From the NCBI RefSeq assembly GCF_006345805.1, contig NC_043004.1, positions 99,200,001-99,264,000 of the forward strand: a stretch of 64,000 nt of DNA. The letters run 5' to 3'. This document shows positions 38,758 to 53,159 of the stretch, in pieces. The position numbers and the translations under genes were made by a program. Position 1 is the first letter of the stretch; each line of letters opens with the position of its first letter. The stretch comes from Octopus sinensis (lineage: Eukaryota). The notes under the pieces are model-generated. The model worked only from the letters and a program-made list of their open reading frames with translations. It did no database searches and was not told where the DNA came from.

Positions 38758-39100
38758 GAAGTATTCTACATATGTTGAAGAGAAGTGAAATGTTAACACA
38801 CAAGCAACGTGCAAATTAGCTGTATTTGCATATCAAATTCATCAATCCATGTGTGAAAGCAATATAACTGCACTCGTATAATATGTATGATGCACATAAG
38901 TGATGTGTTTATTGTCGAAATTTTACAATGTACCTTTTGTAGAAGATACACAGGACAAGAGGGACAACTAGACAAGCATTACTAAAAGTGGAGTGCTCTG
39001 ATTTAAAGATAATAGGTCACACAGTAAAGTTGGTAAAAGATCAGGATTGGGTGCTATACAAGAGGCCACGCTAATATTGGAAGGTGAATATTGATATGAT

Positions 39101-39308
39101 TAGCAAGCTGGTAGACTCGCTCGTACGCCAGGCAAAATGCTTAGAATCACTTCATCCGTCTTTAAGTTCTGATTTCAACGTCTATCGAGGTCAATTTTTT
39201 ACCATTCATCCTTTCAGGGTCGATAAAACAGTTGAACACTCTGATCGATATAATCGACTCCCACACTCCCGCTGAAATGGCTGGCCTTGTGCCAAACTTT
39301 GAAATTAA
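39101..39308 (+). mobile_element. Decayed SINE family A
   Basis: agcaagctggtagactc...gaggtcaat...catcctttcagggtcgataaa...ggccttgtgccaaactttgaaa. Confidence 0.6.
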
Positions 39309-39389
39309 TGTGTTAATGAGCTTAGTAAAAAAAAAAACCTAAATACATACACTGTAAGAAAGTATTGCACATATACATAAAAACGGGTA

Positions 39390-39807
39390 TAGGATCTTTT
39401 CGGTTTGAACGGCAGTTTTTTCTAGCGGTGTCATATGAAATTGTCACCCATAATTATAACCCTAGTAACGATCTATTGCACTTCTATGTTTTAGGGTTAG
39501 AGTTAGGGGTAGGGGGAAAAGTATCTTTATTTCTTCAGAAATGTAAATAAACCCAATCTGTTTCTTAAACGAGGCACATATTCATACGGCACAGAATGTT
39601 TTCACCCCAATAGACATCATTGATTTGTTGAAATTGCAGAAATTGAAGAAAAAAAACAACAAATATCTTACAAACTACAGAATTTTCTCAATAAAGCCAA
39701 GAGAAAATATGTTTAATAAACACATTCTACCAGTATACGATGTTTAAAAGTGTTTAGTTACGTGGAAATTATTTTTAAAAACTGACGTTCAAACCGATAA
39801 GATCTCA
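39390..39807. mobile_element. Second copy of the same MITE, inverted, 4-bp TSD GGTA
   Basis: Reverse complement of 38320-38757 with divergence. GGTA at 39386-89 and 39808-11. TTAGGG-like units at 39491-39514. Confidence 0.85.
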
Positions 39808-42800
39808 GGTATAACTTAGCAATATACGCTTCCATACATCGATATATATTCCTATTTTAATGCATGTAACAATTATCAATATGTAAATGTATATGAAAAA
39901 AAATATACGCATATGTGTATATACACATGTCTGTGTTGATACATGTTTTTGCATGCTGCGATATTATTCATTTCCAGAATCTGACATTTTTTCTACATGA
40001 TAATCTGTCCCACTTTACACTGTTTTTCATTCAATTGCTCTATGATACTTAATTACATTAGAGTGTTTAACGAACGAAGATCAGATCGTAAATGTCGTTC
40101 ACTGCAGGCAATTCTTTTCAAAGTCTCAGCAAAAAAAAAAAAATAGAAACAGCAGAAAAAAAATGATATAAACAAATACGAAATAAAGAAATAAAAACGT
40201 CCTCATTCACTAATATAATACGATATATATGTATGTATATATATAGTGACATAGAGAAATAGATAGAATAGTAGGCGTACAGATAGGTAGGGAGTCAGAT
40301 AAATTGATAGATATTAGATATATGCAAATAAATTTCCTCGTATTTGCTCTCACATATGTAAATAAATTTATCTGTTGTATACACAATGTGATAATTCTAA
40401 ACATTGGCATCAGTAAATAGAAACCAATTAATATCCTCCTTCCTACAACACACCCTAAAAAAATTATCAAAAAAATGCTTTTACGTTATTATTAAATATT
40501 TTATCGAATGAATTTATTTGTTTCACTTTTCTTCTCTGATATATTTACTTACGTATTTCTATCTATTCAGTTGTTGTTTGTTTTGTTTTTCTTTTACTTT
40601 TTCGTGTATGTCTTGTGTTTTGCCGTTTTCAATTAAAACATTTTCACTTCATTTTTTATGTTTTTTCGCTGTTTACCTATAAAATCCTTTCCAAATATAA
40701 CTCTTTGATAAATTTTAGAAATATGTTAATTAAATTTTCAAAGATATTTGTCTTTAATTAAATATGATTTATTTACTTAGTTAATAATTCAAACATTTAT
40801 TTATCCATTTAATTTCTATTGTTATGTTTGTTATTGTTGCTGTTAATATCATTATTACTTTTGTTGTTTCAACGATCACGTTTCTCAGAAATATATTTCT
40901 TCAGGTTTTCATGACGAACAAAACGGTTTCGAATATTTCAGTCTCCTCCCCAGAAAATTCATTCATAGGAATTTGTACATATCAATATTTTTGCTGGCAA
41001 CAATTTTGCTTTGTTTATTGTCGGTTTAATATAGCAATATTTCGGATATCGGCGCACGCACACAAAAAAGTGTAACAACTAAATAGAAAAAAAGAGCAAT
41101 TTCATAAAAAGGTAACCAAAGCAATAAAACATTGAAAACTGAAAATATAAACTCAAGTTAGAATGGCAAATGTATTAGCGAGAGTAACTGGTTCTGTACA
41201 AACGTTATACGCCACAAAACAATCTTCGATAAAAGCCAACTCGATGTAAGGGGAAAGAAAACGGGATAACATGAGGCAAAAAATGCAGTACCTGCTTGCC
41301 GAACGATATATGATCTACGATTTACGAAATGAACATAAAACTACGGACCTTATGTATGCTTTCAAAAGTGCTGCTGGAGTAAATCACAAACTTTGTGGCT
41401 GCAGGATGGGAGCACCATTGTCCGAGCAGTGTATATAGATGCATGTGACATATTTTAAGCCTCAGCATAAGGCAGGAAGACAGGTAGTGCTGGTGCCCAC
41501 ACAAAATGATACGAGCTAGTGATGCACTCAATAAATATTCAAAAATAACTACAAATGTCATAGCTCGACATACTGCTAGTGACGTTGAACCACGATTGGG
41601 CATTATATAATGGTACAGTATGTGCAAGTGGTGCACCTAGAAGTGATCGGTAAGATCGGTGGATCTGCGCAGAAATCCATTTCCTAATAGTAGTCGAAGC
41701 TTAAAAGGTTGTTCAGAAATTATAACCCATAAATGTATGATAAGGATGACAATAAAATTGGAAAAATAACAGGAACATCTCTCATATATGGTGAGGTAAG
41801 GGGTTGAATCCTGAAAGTCTTCTGCACAGAGGGGCAAAAGCAAAAATTGGAGATAAGCGCTAGACGACTATATCTCATAGATAAAGGCCATCGCTATTTC
41901 CAAGAAATCATCCTGATTGTAATTCTGAGAATAATCAGAGAAGAAAATCTACCAATTTCATCAATAGTATTGCATACAGTAGTGATAGATGTCTAGTTAA
42001 GGCAAATAGAAATCGCGGTATCTCCTCTGTTAGTAGAAGTCTGGATAAAATCTAGAAGCAGCCGTACTATACTTTTGTCTTTCGTCGATGGAAAAGAGAT
42101 GGACAATAAGTAAAAATGGGAACCCATTAGAGATGAAAAAACTAAAGAAATATCGCAAAATAGTGGGCTCTTATTAAAGACATGTTCGAAGCTGGAAGTA
42201 TCCCACAAAAAATCACCTAACTTACATTCTCGATTCTTGATACAATCAACGGTATCCTGATGTATTTGATCTACTAAAAATTTCGAAGGAATACTAAAGC
42301 AAAGCTTTACGGATTGACAATGAAAAAGTGTTTCGATTTATAGAATACCAGAATGATAGAATATCTAATAGTCTGTCATGATTAATGTTTTTGACTAAAA
42401 ATGAAGTTGATCTTTGATAATTTAAGAAGTACCACATAAATGTACCTAGAGTAGAAGACGTCCAGAATTGTAGTTGCTGTACCGTCAGCTGTTCTCTTTT
42501 TTTCTTTTTCAGTTTTAAGTGAAGGGAGAAATTTTAAGCGGTCCTACAGTCCTAGTGGTAGCAGCTGTGACAGGAAAGCTTTTGTGTCCTGCTTGGCCAG
42601 GCCTTTTATGCACATACACAGGTTCACAGCTTCGAAATTTTTCAATGATGTTTAAGGGATATTAGAGATTTAATATCCATTTAGGTTCCACCCAATCATA
42701 CATTGATTCTGCTTATTTCTAATGCAGTCATACACAACTTGACTTAATGCTTTCTCTATAGCATTTGTGAAAGCTGGCTGTTGTGCATTTACATGCCTCT

Positions 42801-43374
42801 GCGTCTGAACGTGCAGAAGTATGGGATTTGTCTATGTGTGTTTAAATGTGCAAACCTTTAATAAATATTTTCAGGTTTCTTCCATGCATTAAATATCTTT
42901 CGAAAACTAGAAGGCTGGTCAAATCATACGAACTTCTCCAGATGGATCGCAAAGTCACTGCATTCATTCTTTCTCTTTCACTCCATATCAGTTTTGCCAT
43001 TCTTAGTTTTGCTGTCACCACCTCTTTCCTCCCGTTGTTTCAGATAGCTTATTCCTTCCACTAACACAACGGAACACAATATGACATAGCAGAACATAGG
43101 AATAGCATAACAATGACGTATTGCGTAGAGTTTCCTTATTAATTCTGTCAGCCAATTCATTCTAGTGATATCTCTCACGGTCTCGACTGATACAAATCCA
43201 TATTTTCAATGATAATGAGATACGTTTTCACATTACCAGAGATCAGAGGACCCGTCTTATAAATCATCACAACACTCATAAACATTTCATAAAAGTTCTG
43301 TTCTTATTTTTTCAAAATTAATTTAAAATATATTCTTTCTTTCAATATTTTTAGTTTATGCACATGTAGGTACA

Positions 43375-43376
43375 TA

Positions 43377-43475
<99 letters not shown>

Positions 43476-43480
43476 ATATA

Positions 43481-43515
<35 letters not shown>

Positions 43516-43516
43516 A

Positions 43517-43599
<83 letters not shown>

Positions 43600-43970
43600 G
43601 TATATATATATATGTACATATATAGATGGATAAGTAGATATGTATACATACATATATATGAATATGTATATATATATATGTACATATATAGATGGATAAA
43701 TAGATATGTATACATACATATATATGTATATGTATATATATATACGTACATATATAGATGGATAAATAGATATGTATACATACATATACTTATATATGTA
43801 TATGTATATGTATGTATACATATATATGTATATGTATGTATATATATTATATGTGTATATATCTGTGTGTATATATTTATATGTATATATATGTGTGTCC
43901 ATATATGTATGTGTGTGTGTGTAAGCGCGTGTGTGTACATACGCATATATATGTGTGTGTAAGTGAGTAT
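43375..43970. repeat. Compound (TA)n/(TG)n tract containing a 66-bp unit repeated 3 times
   Basis: gatggata at 43625, 43691 and 43757. Confidence 0.9.
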
Positions 43971-44432
43971 CTGTGTGTAAACAACAATGTGAACATGATG
44001 TCACTGGTTATATTATCTTCTCTTATCAAGTGTTTGAGCCCCTCCTTGCTACGTAATTGATCTGTCATTGTCGGAATATCAATCTGATGAGAGGTTTTCT
44101 TTTTTTATTTTGTCATGACCTTGCTCCCTATCAGATCATGGAACTCTATGCCATCAATTTATTCTCCTAGCATAACACTGACATATTTAGACTTAGTTCT
44201 GTATGAAAAGTTCCACTGCAAAAATCAATCTGGATATCTAACAGTTTGTTTGACAGTGTGTAGTTTTTCAAAACCATATTTCATTCATTGAATCAATACA
44301 CATTTTCCTTCACACACACATGCGCTCACAAATGTGTTTATATATGTTTATATGCATGTGTGTGTGTATGATATGTAATACACATATGCATGTGTGTATA
44401 ATATATAATACATGTATACGTATATATATATA

Positions 44433-44665
44433 TTTCTTTACTACCCACAAGGGGCTAAACATAGAGGGGACAAACAAGGACAGACAAAGGGATTAAATCG
44501 ATTACATCGACCCCAGAACGTAACTGGTACTTATTTTATCGACCCTGAAAGGATGAAAGGCAAAGTCGACCACGGCGGGATTTGAACCCAGAACACGTAA
44601 CGGCAGACGAAATACGGCTACGCATTTCGCCCGGCGTGCTAACGATTCTGCCAGCTCGCCGCCTT
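44433..44665 (-). mobile_element. SINE family A (single core), ~15-bp TSD
   Basis: ATACGTATATATATA starts at 44416 and 44667. Head aaggcggcgagctggcagaatcgttagc. Confidence 0.88.
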
Positions 44666-44670
44666 AATAC

Positions 44671-44803
<133 letters not shown>

Positions 44804-45680
44804 ATACATATATATATATATACGTGCGTATGCTTATATGTAAATAAATCGCTGTAGATTTTGTAATAATTTTACTGATCCAAATGAAACGTAAAACGTA
44901 CAAAAGAAAATATAAATACAAATGTAAGTGAATGCAGTAAAAGCATATTTTATTGTTGCTCTTAATGTTTATCCCTAGGCCAGCGCTTTTCCATTAGACC
45001 TATGTTACAAAGATGTCCATATGATTAAGGCAGTCATTTGTCCAGTATAATATATGAAGATCTATTCATCTCTTTATCTATTAGTCGCCTTCTCTTTCGT
45101 ACATACCTACATACATACTCGCATACTTATGTAAACGTATATGTCAATATCGAAAAGTGTAAAATGGATTACAAGCAGGGTAAATTTATATTTTAAGAAA
45201 ATTTCTATATTTCCAGAGAGCGTAAACCAATCACTTACTGACAACTTGTAGCAGCATAATATCCAAGAAACAAATTCTACAAAATTAATACGGCTTTAAG
45301 ACAATCAGAGACCGGTGGCCGGAAAACAGAATAACTGTGGAAAGGTTTTTCAGCCTCAAAACGCGTCATTAGCATAGCAATTGTGCATTGCTTTTATCAA
45401 ATGGCTTTAATATTTTCAATAAAATGAAACAACCCCGAGTTAAAAGAATTACATATAAGTGGCCAGTTGCATGGGTATGGAAATCCGACGAATAAAATAG
45501 CAAACTAATTATTTGCTGGCAATTAGTACAAAGACCAAATGAGAGGGGAATCTACTCTTAAGAATCAAGAACGCTATAAAATCGAAATGTCATTCAGAAG
45601 AATAATGTCTGTTTGTGCAATGATAACAGAACAGCCCTGGAGATATATTACTTTCTCAACAGGCATACATACATATATAT

Positions 45681-46241
<561 letters not shown>

Positions 46242-46534
46242 CGTTCAAAAAGTGGAGAGCACATTATAAAGACCAGTGTTATTCGTTTAAGTGAAACGAG
46301 TGTGAGCTAAGGGAGATAACTCAGAATGGGAAAATGTATGTATCTGAAAGATGAATAAGTTACATATAAAATGAAGTCTTGATTTAGTAAAATGAACTAC
46401 TCTTGCAGAAATCATAGACAAATCACTTGCTGGTAGATAGTACCAATTCTAAATGAGTGGGGAATACAATCTCAAAAAAAAATAATTCTCGAAAACTCTC
46501 TTTCACTTTTTCGTTCTCTCTTTCTCTCTTTCTT

Positions 46535-46570
<36 letters not shown>

Positions 46571-46767
46571 AGACACACATTATATATATATATTGTGTCA
46601 CACTAAGAATCGATGTTCGCTACCGGAATTTCCGATTCGAGTCAACCATAAGAATCCACTCCAAATATTTGTAAAAGTATCCGCATAAGTGGAATCTCGC
46701 TCAGCTAGTTTTTATAGGTATCGTGTCGTATAAATTACAATAACAAAGTCAACTCAAACAGGGATAC

Positions 46768-46842
<75 letters not shown>

Positions 46843-47785
46843 TATTTATATATATTTATTTATGTATATATATTTATTTATTTATATATATTTATTTATT
46901 TATATATATATATTTATTTATATATATATATATATATTTGTACACCTTTGTACACAAACACAAAGGTATACAAATATTCGTGCGCATGCACTTATACTTA
47001 CATACGAACATGCGTGTGTCTACATGAATGTGTGACTTGAACTGTGTGTTTCTTTGAATATTTATGTAACCTCTCACTCAGAATTTGACAGTCTCATCCT
47101 CACACCCACAAAAGCCCCTGACATTTTTAATTTGCACACGGTTGACTCAGCATCTGCCTCTACATCACTAGCATGTCTAAGCCGTATTCTACCATATTTC
47201 TAACATCGTATACCGCATAACTTACAATCTTTCCTTTGCATATCGCATCACTTACATTCTTCTATGTAAACCAGTGGAACACGTTGCCATCCACGTCAAC
47301 GCAACTGCCTCACCAGTACTGACTGCAATGTTTGACATCTTTAGATGCAATGTATAGGGATATTTGAGGAAGAGTAAGGAACACCGTATCATATGCAAAC
47401 TCGGAATGTTACTGCATGTTACCGTTGGATTTAAATCAATGTCTCCTACTTTTTGCCCATCTTTACTTACGTTGCTTTAAATTCCCTGTCAGTTGCAATC
47501 AGTTGCTCTGTTTTGGGCGAAGTGAAGTACTTCTGTATTAGTACTTTATTTCCTTTCATCTCAGCCTTGAACTGTTGCATTGATGTAAACATCGGAAACT
47601 CACCTCAGTATATATATACAAAAATATACCTACATGCATACATACCAACATGCACCCAGATATAGTATATATTTATCTCCGTATATATGTGTACATGTAC
47701 GTGCATGTGTATGTATACATATTGACACACACTTACCAGTTACTTTTCCCCACAAGTCCAGTCTCTTTGATTTCTATTATATGTA

Positions 47786-48362
47786 CATGGGTTGGACAAA
47801 ATCACGGAAACACCAAGCAACATAGCTTCATAATTTTGAATTGTGTATAAAACCGTCAAAAGCTTGTTTATTTTTATGTTTTTTTTATTCATTTAGTATT
47901 GGTGTTGCTTAATAATAAAATTGCTAAAACTGCTGTTTCTTTTAAGATATCAGCAGAAAAAGGTAATTAAAATTCATTAAAATGACAGATCTATCGGACT
48001 TTCAAAGAAGTCAAATTGTGGGTGCACATATGGCAGGCGCTAGCGTAACGAAAACAGCCGAAATGTTTGGTGTATCAAGAAGTTCTGTCTCGAAAGTAAT
48101 GACAGTCTTCGAAAAAGATGATAAAACCTCCTCGTAGAAACAAAACTCCGGAAGAAAACTCTCACGCGAATTGTTAGAATGGATCACAAAAGTATAGCTC
48201 CTCAAATTACTGCAGATCTTCATGACCACCTGGAGAAGTCAGTTTCTACAAAAACTGTTCGCCGGGAGTTGCACAAATCCGGATTTCACGGGAGAGCTGC
48301 AATCAGAAAACCACTACTTTCAAAACAAACGTTGCAAAGCGTTTAGGTTCGAGTAAAAGCCT
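47786..48362 (+). pseudogene. Tc1-family transposon left end with transposase N-terminus (HTH), inactivated
   Basis: TA|CATGGGTTGGACAAAATCACGGAAACACC TIR. From 47982: MTDLSDFQRSQIVGAHMAGASVTKTAEMFGVSRSSVSKVM..*..VSTKTVRRELHKSGFHGRAAIRKPLL. Confidence 0.85.
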
Positions 48363-48469
48363 ACACACAGTAATCAGTGGGATTACAATCTGGTACATTA
48401 GGAGGCCAGAAATTAGGAATAGTGAAAAAGTAGAAATAATCCAACAACAACTATCTACTCTTTCCAGAA

Positions 48470-48964
48470 GTATTATGAGGAGGTGAATCCTGCTGTAACA
48501 CAATTGGCCTTCCAACATCAGCTCTCTCCAAGCAGCGTTTGACAACAATATTCAGCAGTTTCACATAGACATCTGAAATAAGCCCAATGCCCTGTTCGTC
48601 GTATCTTGGACGAACACTGGCGTGTGGATGCAGTCAGAACGCCTGCTGTATACTTTCTCGTTAGCCACGATTTCTTAGTCTCCATTGTAGCTGTCCATAT
48701 CTCATCTTACAGCCTTTTGAATGTTCACATAGCATTTAGCAGCGGTCATGATGTTGGCGTTGGGATACCGGCGTGAATCATCATGATGCAGGTAATTAAT
48801 TTTCTAATATTCACATGGCTTCGAATCCTCTATATCGGCAAACATTTTTTTCCCATCCACAACTTTATATTTGTGCTCTCCATCGCTCACTGTTCACAGT
48901 ACATCAAGCTGTTCTTGAAAAACGGGAGACGTACAACTCATCAAATTTTAGTCAGAACACCATG
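48470..48964 (-). mobile_element. Deleted Tc1/mariner-superfamily element (DDE fragment plus TIR)
   Basis: Minus strand EQGIGLISDVYVKLLNIVVKRCLERADVGRPIVLQQDSPP (QQDxAP second-Asp motif). The end resembles a TIR: cagaacaccatg|TA at 48964. Confidence 0.6.
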
Positions 48965-50265
48965 TATATGCATTGAAGAAGACGTTTGAATAACGCAGGT
49001 GTAAATTTAGGCAATATATGCAAGGAGATGCTCATAAATAAAAACAACATATGTATCACTCTACAGAGGTTGTTTGTTATATTTCAAAGAAAAGCTCACT
49101 GCATCTATTATACAATTTAAAATAACCCACTGTAGAGACAGTGCGGACTACCGTCAATAACATTTTTTTCTGAATTATTGGACTATTTTCTCTAGTATAC
49201 ATGATGAAAGAAACGTTTCCGAAATATAATCAGATTATTAAACAATGTGCGTATGGCAATGCAATATCTTGTCTTTTGCCTAACTTCTCACCTGCATTGC
49301 TTCAAGGTCTTTTCAAGAATATATCATTTGTACAAGGCAATGCTTGAAGCAAATTACATTACACGTACATACATATATACATACATATATGCATATATAC
49401 ACACATATATGTGTTTGTGTTTGTGTGTGTCTTTATTAAACACTTAGACACATACTCACATAATATGTAAGCGCATACACTTATATAATTTCATGTGCAT
49501 GCGGCTGTGTGAGTATTTGAGTATGCGGGAGAGTATACGTATAATTATTGAGTACATAAATGTATGTGTATGCCAATAGAAATGACGTGTATCTTTTAAC
49601 ACATCTCGAAAAGAATTAAAATACCTCAATGTAGTCTATAGATTTTCTTCCTGATAGAATCTGCCGATTGGTATAATCTTTCCGAAAAATCTGAGATAGC
49701 TAATCAGATTGGCGAAATCTTTTCACCACCGATGTCTCTTATATTTATTTGTGTCAAAGATTGTCTTACGCAAATATCAGATTACAGAAGGTTCGCTTGC
49801 ATGTGAAATGTCAAGACATTTATAGCCTGAAATCTGGTAGATTGCCAAGACAATAGCAGTGGAATGGTAACAGAAAGAGACTTTCCAATAGTTTATTACA
49901 CCTCGCAAAAATTTAATTATTCTTTGCAGTGATAGTTCTTGCTTACTTTATACATATCATCTGACGAACAGCTCTATTGGCACAGTCCAACAGACAAACG
50001 GACCTTCACACCAACTGACCATATGTATAAATTACTAGGTTGGTAATCAAACTTTTACTTTCGATTTCGATCAAGGTGATATATCTCAAAAAGAAAGCGG
50101 AGTGGGATGCGGAGGTATTGATGCATTTTCAGATGTTATAGATAGCATGATTGAAATAAAAATATATTTCTCCTGAAATTGGAATTGGTACTATAGGCTG
50201 GAGGTTCTCTGCTAGCGGTTTACTTTCAGTCAATGATACACATACATATGGCGAAATAAAATAAT

Positions 50266-50566
50266 AGGGTGTGTGGCTTAATGGTTACTATTGCGCTCAC
50301 GATCTTAAGGTCATAAGTTCGATACTCGGCAGCGTATGGTGCCCTTGAACAAAACATTTTATTTCACATCGTTTCTGTTTACTCAGCTGGCGAAAACGAG
50401 TTGTATTTTTATGTGAATATTCAGTATCACGCTGAATCTCCCTGAGAACTACGTTGAGCGTACGCATGTTTGTGAAGTGCTCAGCCACTTGCCCGTTAAT
50501 AACTCGAGCAGGTCCTTGCCTTGATCGGATCAACAGGAACACTCGTTGTCGTAACTGACGGGGTGC
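50266..50566 (+). mobile_element. Old mosaic SINE: family D-like head and CORE-like segment joined to a family C-like 3' domain
   Basis: gcccttgaacaaaacattttatttcac (D-like) followed by tcacgctgaatctccctgagaactacgtt...gtgctcagccacttg...ttgatcggatcaac...gtcgtaactgacgg (C-like). Confidence 0.65.
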
Positions 50567-51057
50567 AAACTAATAATAACATTTTAAAAAAACATTTAAT
50601 CAATAACAACATAGGAACTTAGATTATTTTTAGTTACTGTTGTTGTTTAGCCAAATGGCAGGCGCTCTCAAGTATACTGATATTCAAAAGCATTTAAACC
50701 ATAGCCCGACTGTATTTATTTTCAAATATAGTATAAGATTACGTAAAACAATGAATCCATCCTTTTTTATTACGATAGGTGTAGCTAGATGTGATTTAAC
50801 TAGTTACTGTCGGTTGCCCCCATGTTCATTGTACTCGAGCTGATCTACGGCATTCCAGCCTTGACCATTATGTTACTTTCTTATCTACAGGGAACCCAAA
50901 TCCACTTTATTCAATTGGTGCTTTTCTAGGACAGTTCTGCTTCGAGGTTATATTTTCCTAAGATTTCTAGCAAAATTGCATATTATGTTAGCATATTAGA
51001 AGTTGTGACGAACCAGTACTCGTTACTGCCATTCATGTTTGTGTCTCATTTGTACCA

Positions 51058-51400
51058 ATCTTTTATCTTTTATCTTTTACAAGTTTTAATCATTTGACAG
51101 AGGCCATGCCGGGACACCACCTTTAAAAAGTTTAGTCGAACGAATCGACCCAAGACTTATTTTTTAAGCCAACCACTCATTCTATCAATCTCTTTTGCCG
51201 TACGCTAAATCACAGTTACGTAAACAGCGACAAAGACATACACACATAGAGATATACATATTTATATACAACAGGCTTCTTTCCGTTTACGACTACCAAA
51301 TCCACTCACAAGGCTTTGGTCGGCCTGAAGCTTTAATAGAAGACGCTTGTCCAAGGATCCAGCGAAATTGAACTCGGAATCATGCAAGCTTCTTACCACA
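51058..51400 (-). mobile_element. Decayed SINE family B
   Basis: catttgacagaggccatgcc...ctaccaaatccactcacaaggctttggtcggcc. Confidence 0.7.
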
Positions 51401-51689
51401 TTAAGTGTAAAGAGATTGTGCGATATCCATGCGCAACTTTAATGGTATTAGAAATAACAAAAGTGAACTGAAGCAATATAATATACATAAAATTTCCTGG
51501 AATATCACCTCCGGCTCTGTTGCACTCAAAATCCCATCACTAAATGCTGTTTACTACCAAATAAATTATAATCACGTAAACTTACGATTAATAGCTTTCC
51601 AGAAATGACAGCAATTTTTTCCCGGTAGATTTTAGTTTTAAAGAGTGTACTTAGGATTACGTTAGCTAGAGTTCTTTCCTGTTTTTCAA

Positions 51690-51933
51690 GACAATAGTTT
51701 GTTGCCGCCGTTTTAACTCCGTTATCGAGATCCAGAGTGGATCTCAGAAGGTCCTCCTCTTGCTTACGGAAAACGACTTCCAGATCGGATTCCAAAAGAG
51801 GCAGGAGCGCTGGCACCAGTGTATTGCTGTGCAAGGTGACTATTTCGAAAGAAATGATGTTAAAACATATAAGGCCTTTTTTACTAACCATAAATAGGAA
51901 ACCATAAATAGGGAACGTCTTGATACCTCCACG
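51690..51933 (+). pseudogene. Mariner transposase 3' end plus right TIR
   Basis: LTENDFQIGFQKRQERWHQCIAVQGDYFE; TIR ...cttgatacctccacg|TA. Confidence 0.7.
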
Positions 51934-52265
51934 TATTATACTGATTTTATTATATTCATATAGAAATTTAAATACGAACTAGTTTAAATCTCATCAGTAA
52001 ATGATTAGTTTTGCTTTATATCGATCATGAATACCCGATAAATTACTGTGAAATTTTCGAGGGTGACTCTTAAGCATCTCCTTTTTATGTAGGGAGCTCT
52101 TTCCACTTTCTAGTGAACCTGTATTGGCCAGATTGGAGCAATCTCAAGTATAATGAGCCGAAATTGTGAAGATAAACTGGTACTTAACTGAGGAAAGAAA
52201 ACTTCGAATGACCCGTCCTTGTTTTCTTTTTATCGTCTATCTCGATGTTTTGTTGTCCCAGTTTG

Positions 52266-52338
<73 letters not shown>

Positions 52339-52712
52339 ATGTATATGTGTATATATATATATATGTATGTATATGTGTATATATATATATATATATTTAT
52401 GTATGTATGTGTGTGTGTGTGTGCGCGCGAGCCCTTCTTTATACCTTAAAAGAAATCGCTAATGACAGGTGAATCGTTTACTCTTAATTTTAGCACTCAA
52501 AGTAAAATTTATAACATAATTCATAAAGTTATCAACTTGCGCATAAACATCGGTGGGCGTTTGTGGGACGCCTGACACAAGAACAATAGTTCGCTAGAAC
52601 TTGCTGAACATTTTAAATCAAATGGTTGCGAAGTTATGGAGCATCTGAAGGTAGACATTCTCAGAAATTATAGTTACTCTACTGCACTTTCAGTCCCCAA
52701 ATCACATGATGA

Positions 52713-53125
52713 TACGAGGTGGTATCACAAAGCTCTCGGACTAGTTATGTTTAATAAATAAAAAACTCATTTACCTACGTTTTAACATTATTGCCTTCGA
52801 AATAGTCACCTTGCTAGAAATACACCAGTGTTCCAGCCACTTTTGGAATCCGGTCTGGAAGTCGTTTTCCGTAAGTGAGTGGAGGACCTTCTGCGATTCG
52901 CTCTGAATCTGAATAACGGTGTAAAAATGGTGACTTTTAAGATGCCTTTTCTTCTTGGGAAAGAGATGAAAATCCAGACGTGCGAAATCTGGTTAATAGT
53001 GTGGGTGCAGAAGCGATACCATGTTTTTGGCGAGTAGCCCACAAGTGAAGAAACAGGATGCATGGTGGTTGTGCAGAATCTAATTATTTGCGCTCCACAA
53101 ATCCGGTCTCTTTTGCTGAATGCCT
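52713..53125 (-). pseudogene. Mariner transposase catalytic C-terminal remnant plus TIR (same family as 51690-51933)
   Basis: Minus strand KRPDLWSANN*ILHNHH...HPHY*PDFARLDFHLFPKKK (YSPDLAPxD-like)...LTENDFQTGFQKW; TIR tacgaggtggtatcacaaag. Confidence 0.8.
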
Positions 53126-53159
53126 GTAGAGGCATATAAACTCATTAGGGAGAGCTTCA

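Noticed and set aside
38320-39807. A single composite transposon spanning both MITEs
   Set aside because: The outer flanks differ (GAAG versus GGTA) and each copy has its own TSD.
40905-41030. Possible terminal exon GFHDEQNGFEYFSLLPRKFIHRNLYISIFLLATILLCLLSV
   Set aside because: A plausible acceptor only; no homology recognised and no upstream exon identifiable.
41200-43100. Non-repetitive stretch with several short ORFs as a possible host gene
   Set aside because: No recognisable domain, no consistent exon chain, frequent stops in all frames.
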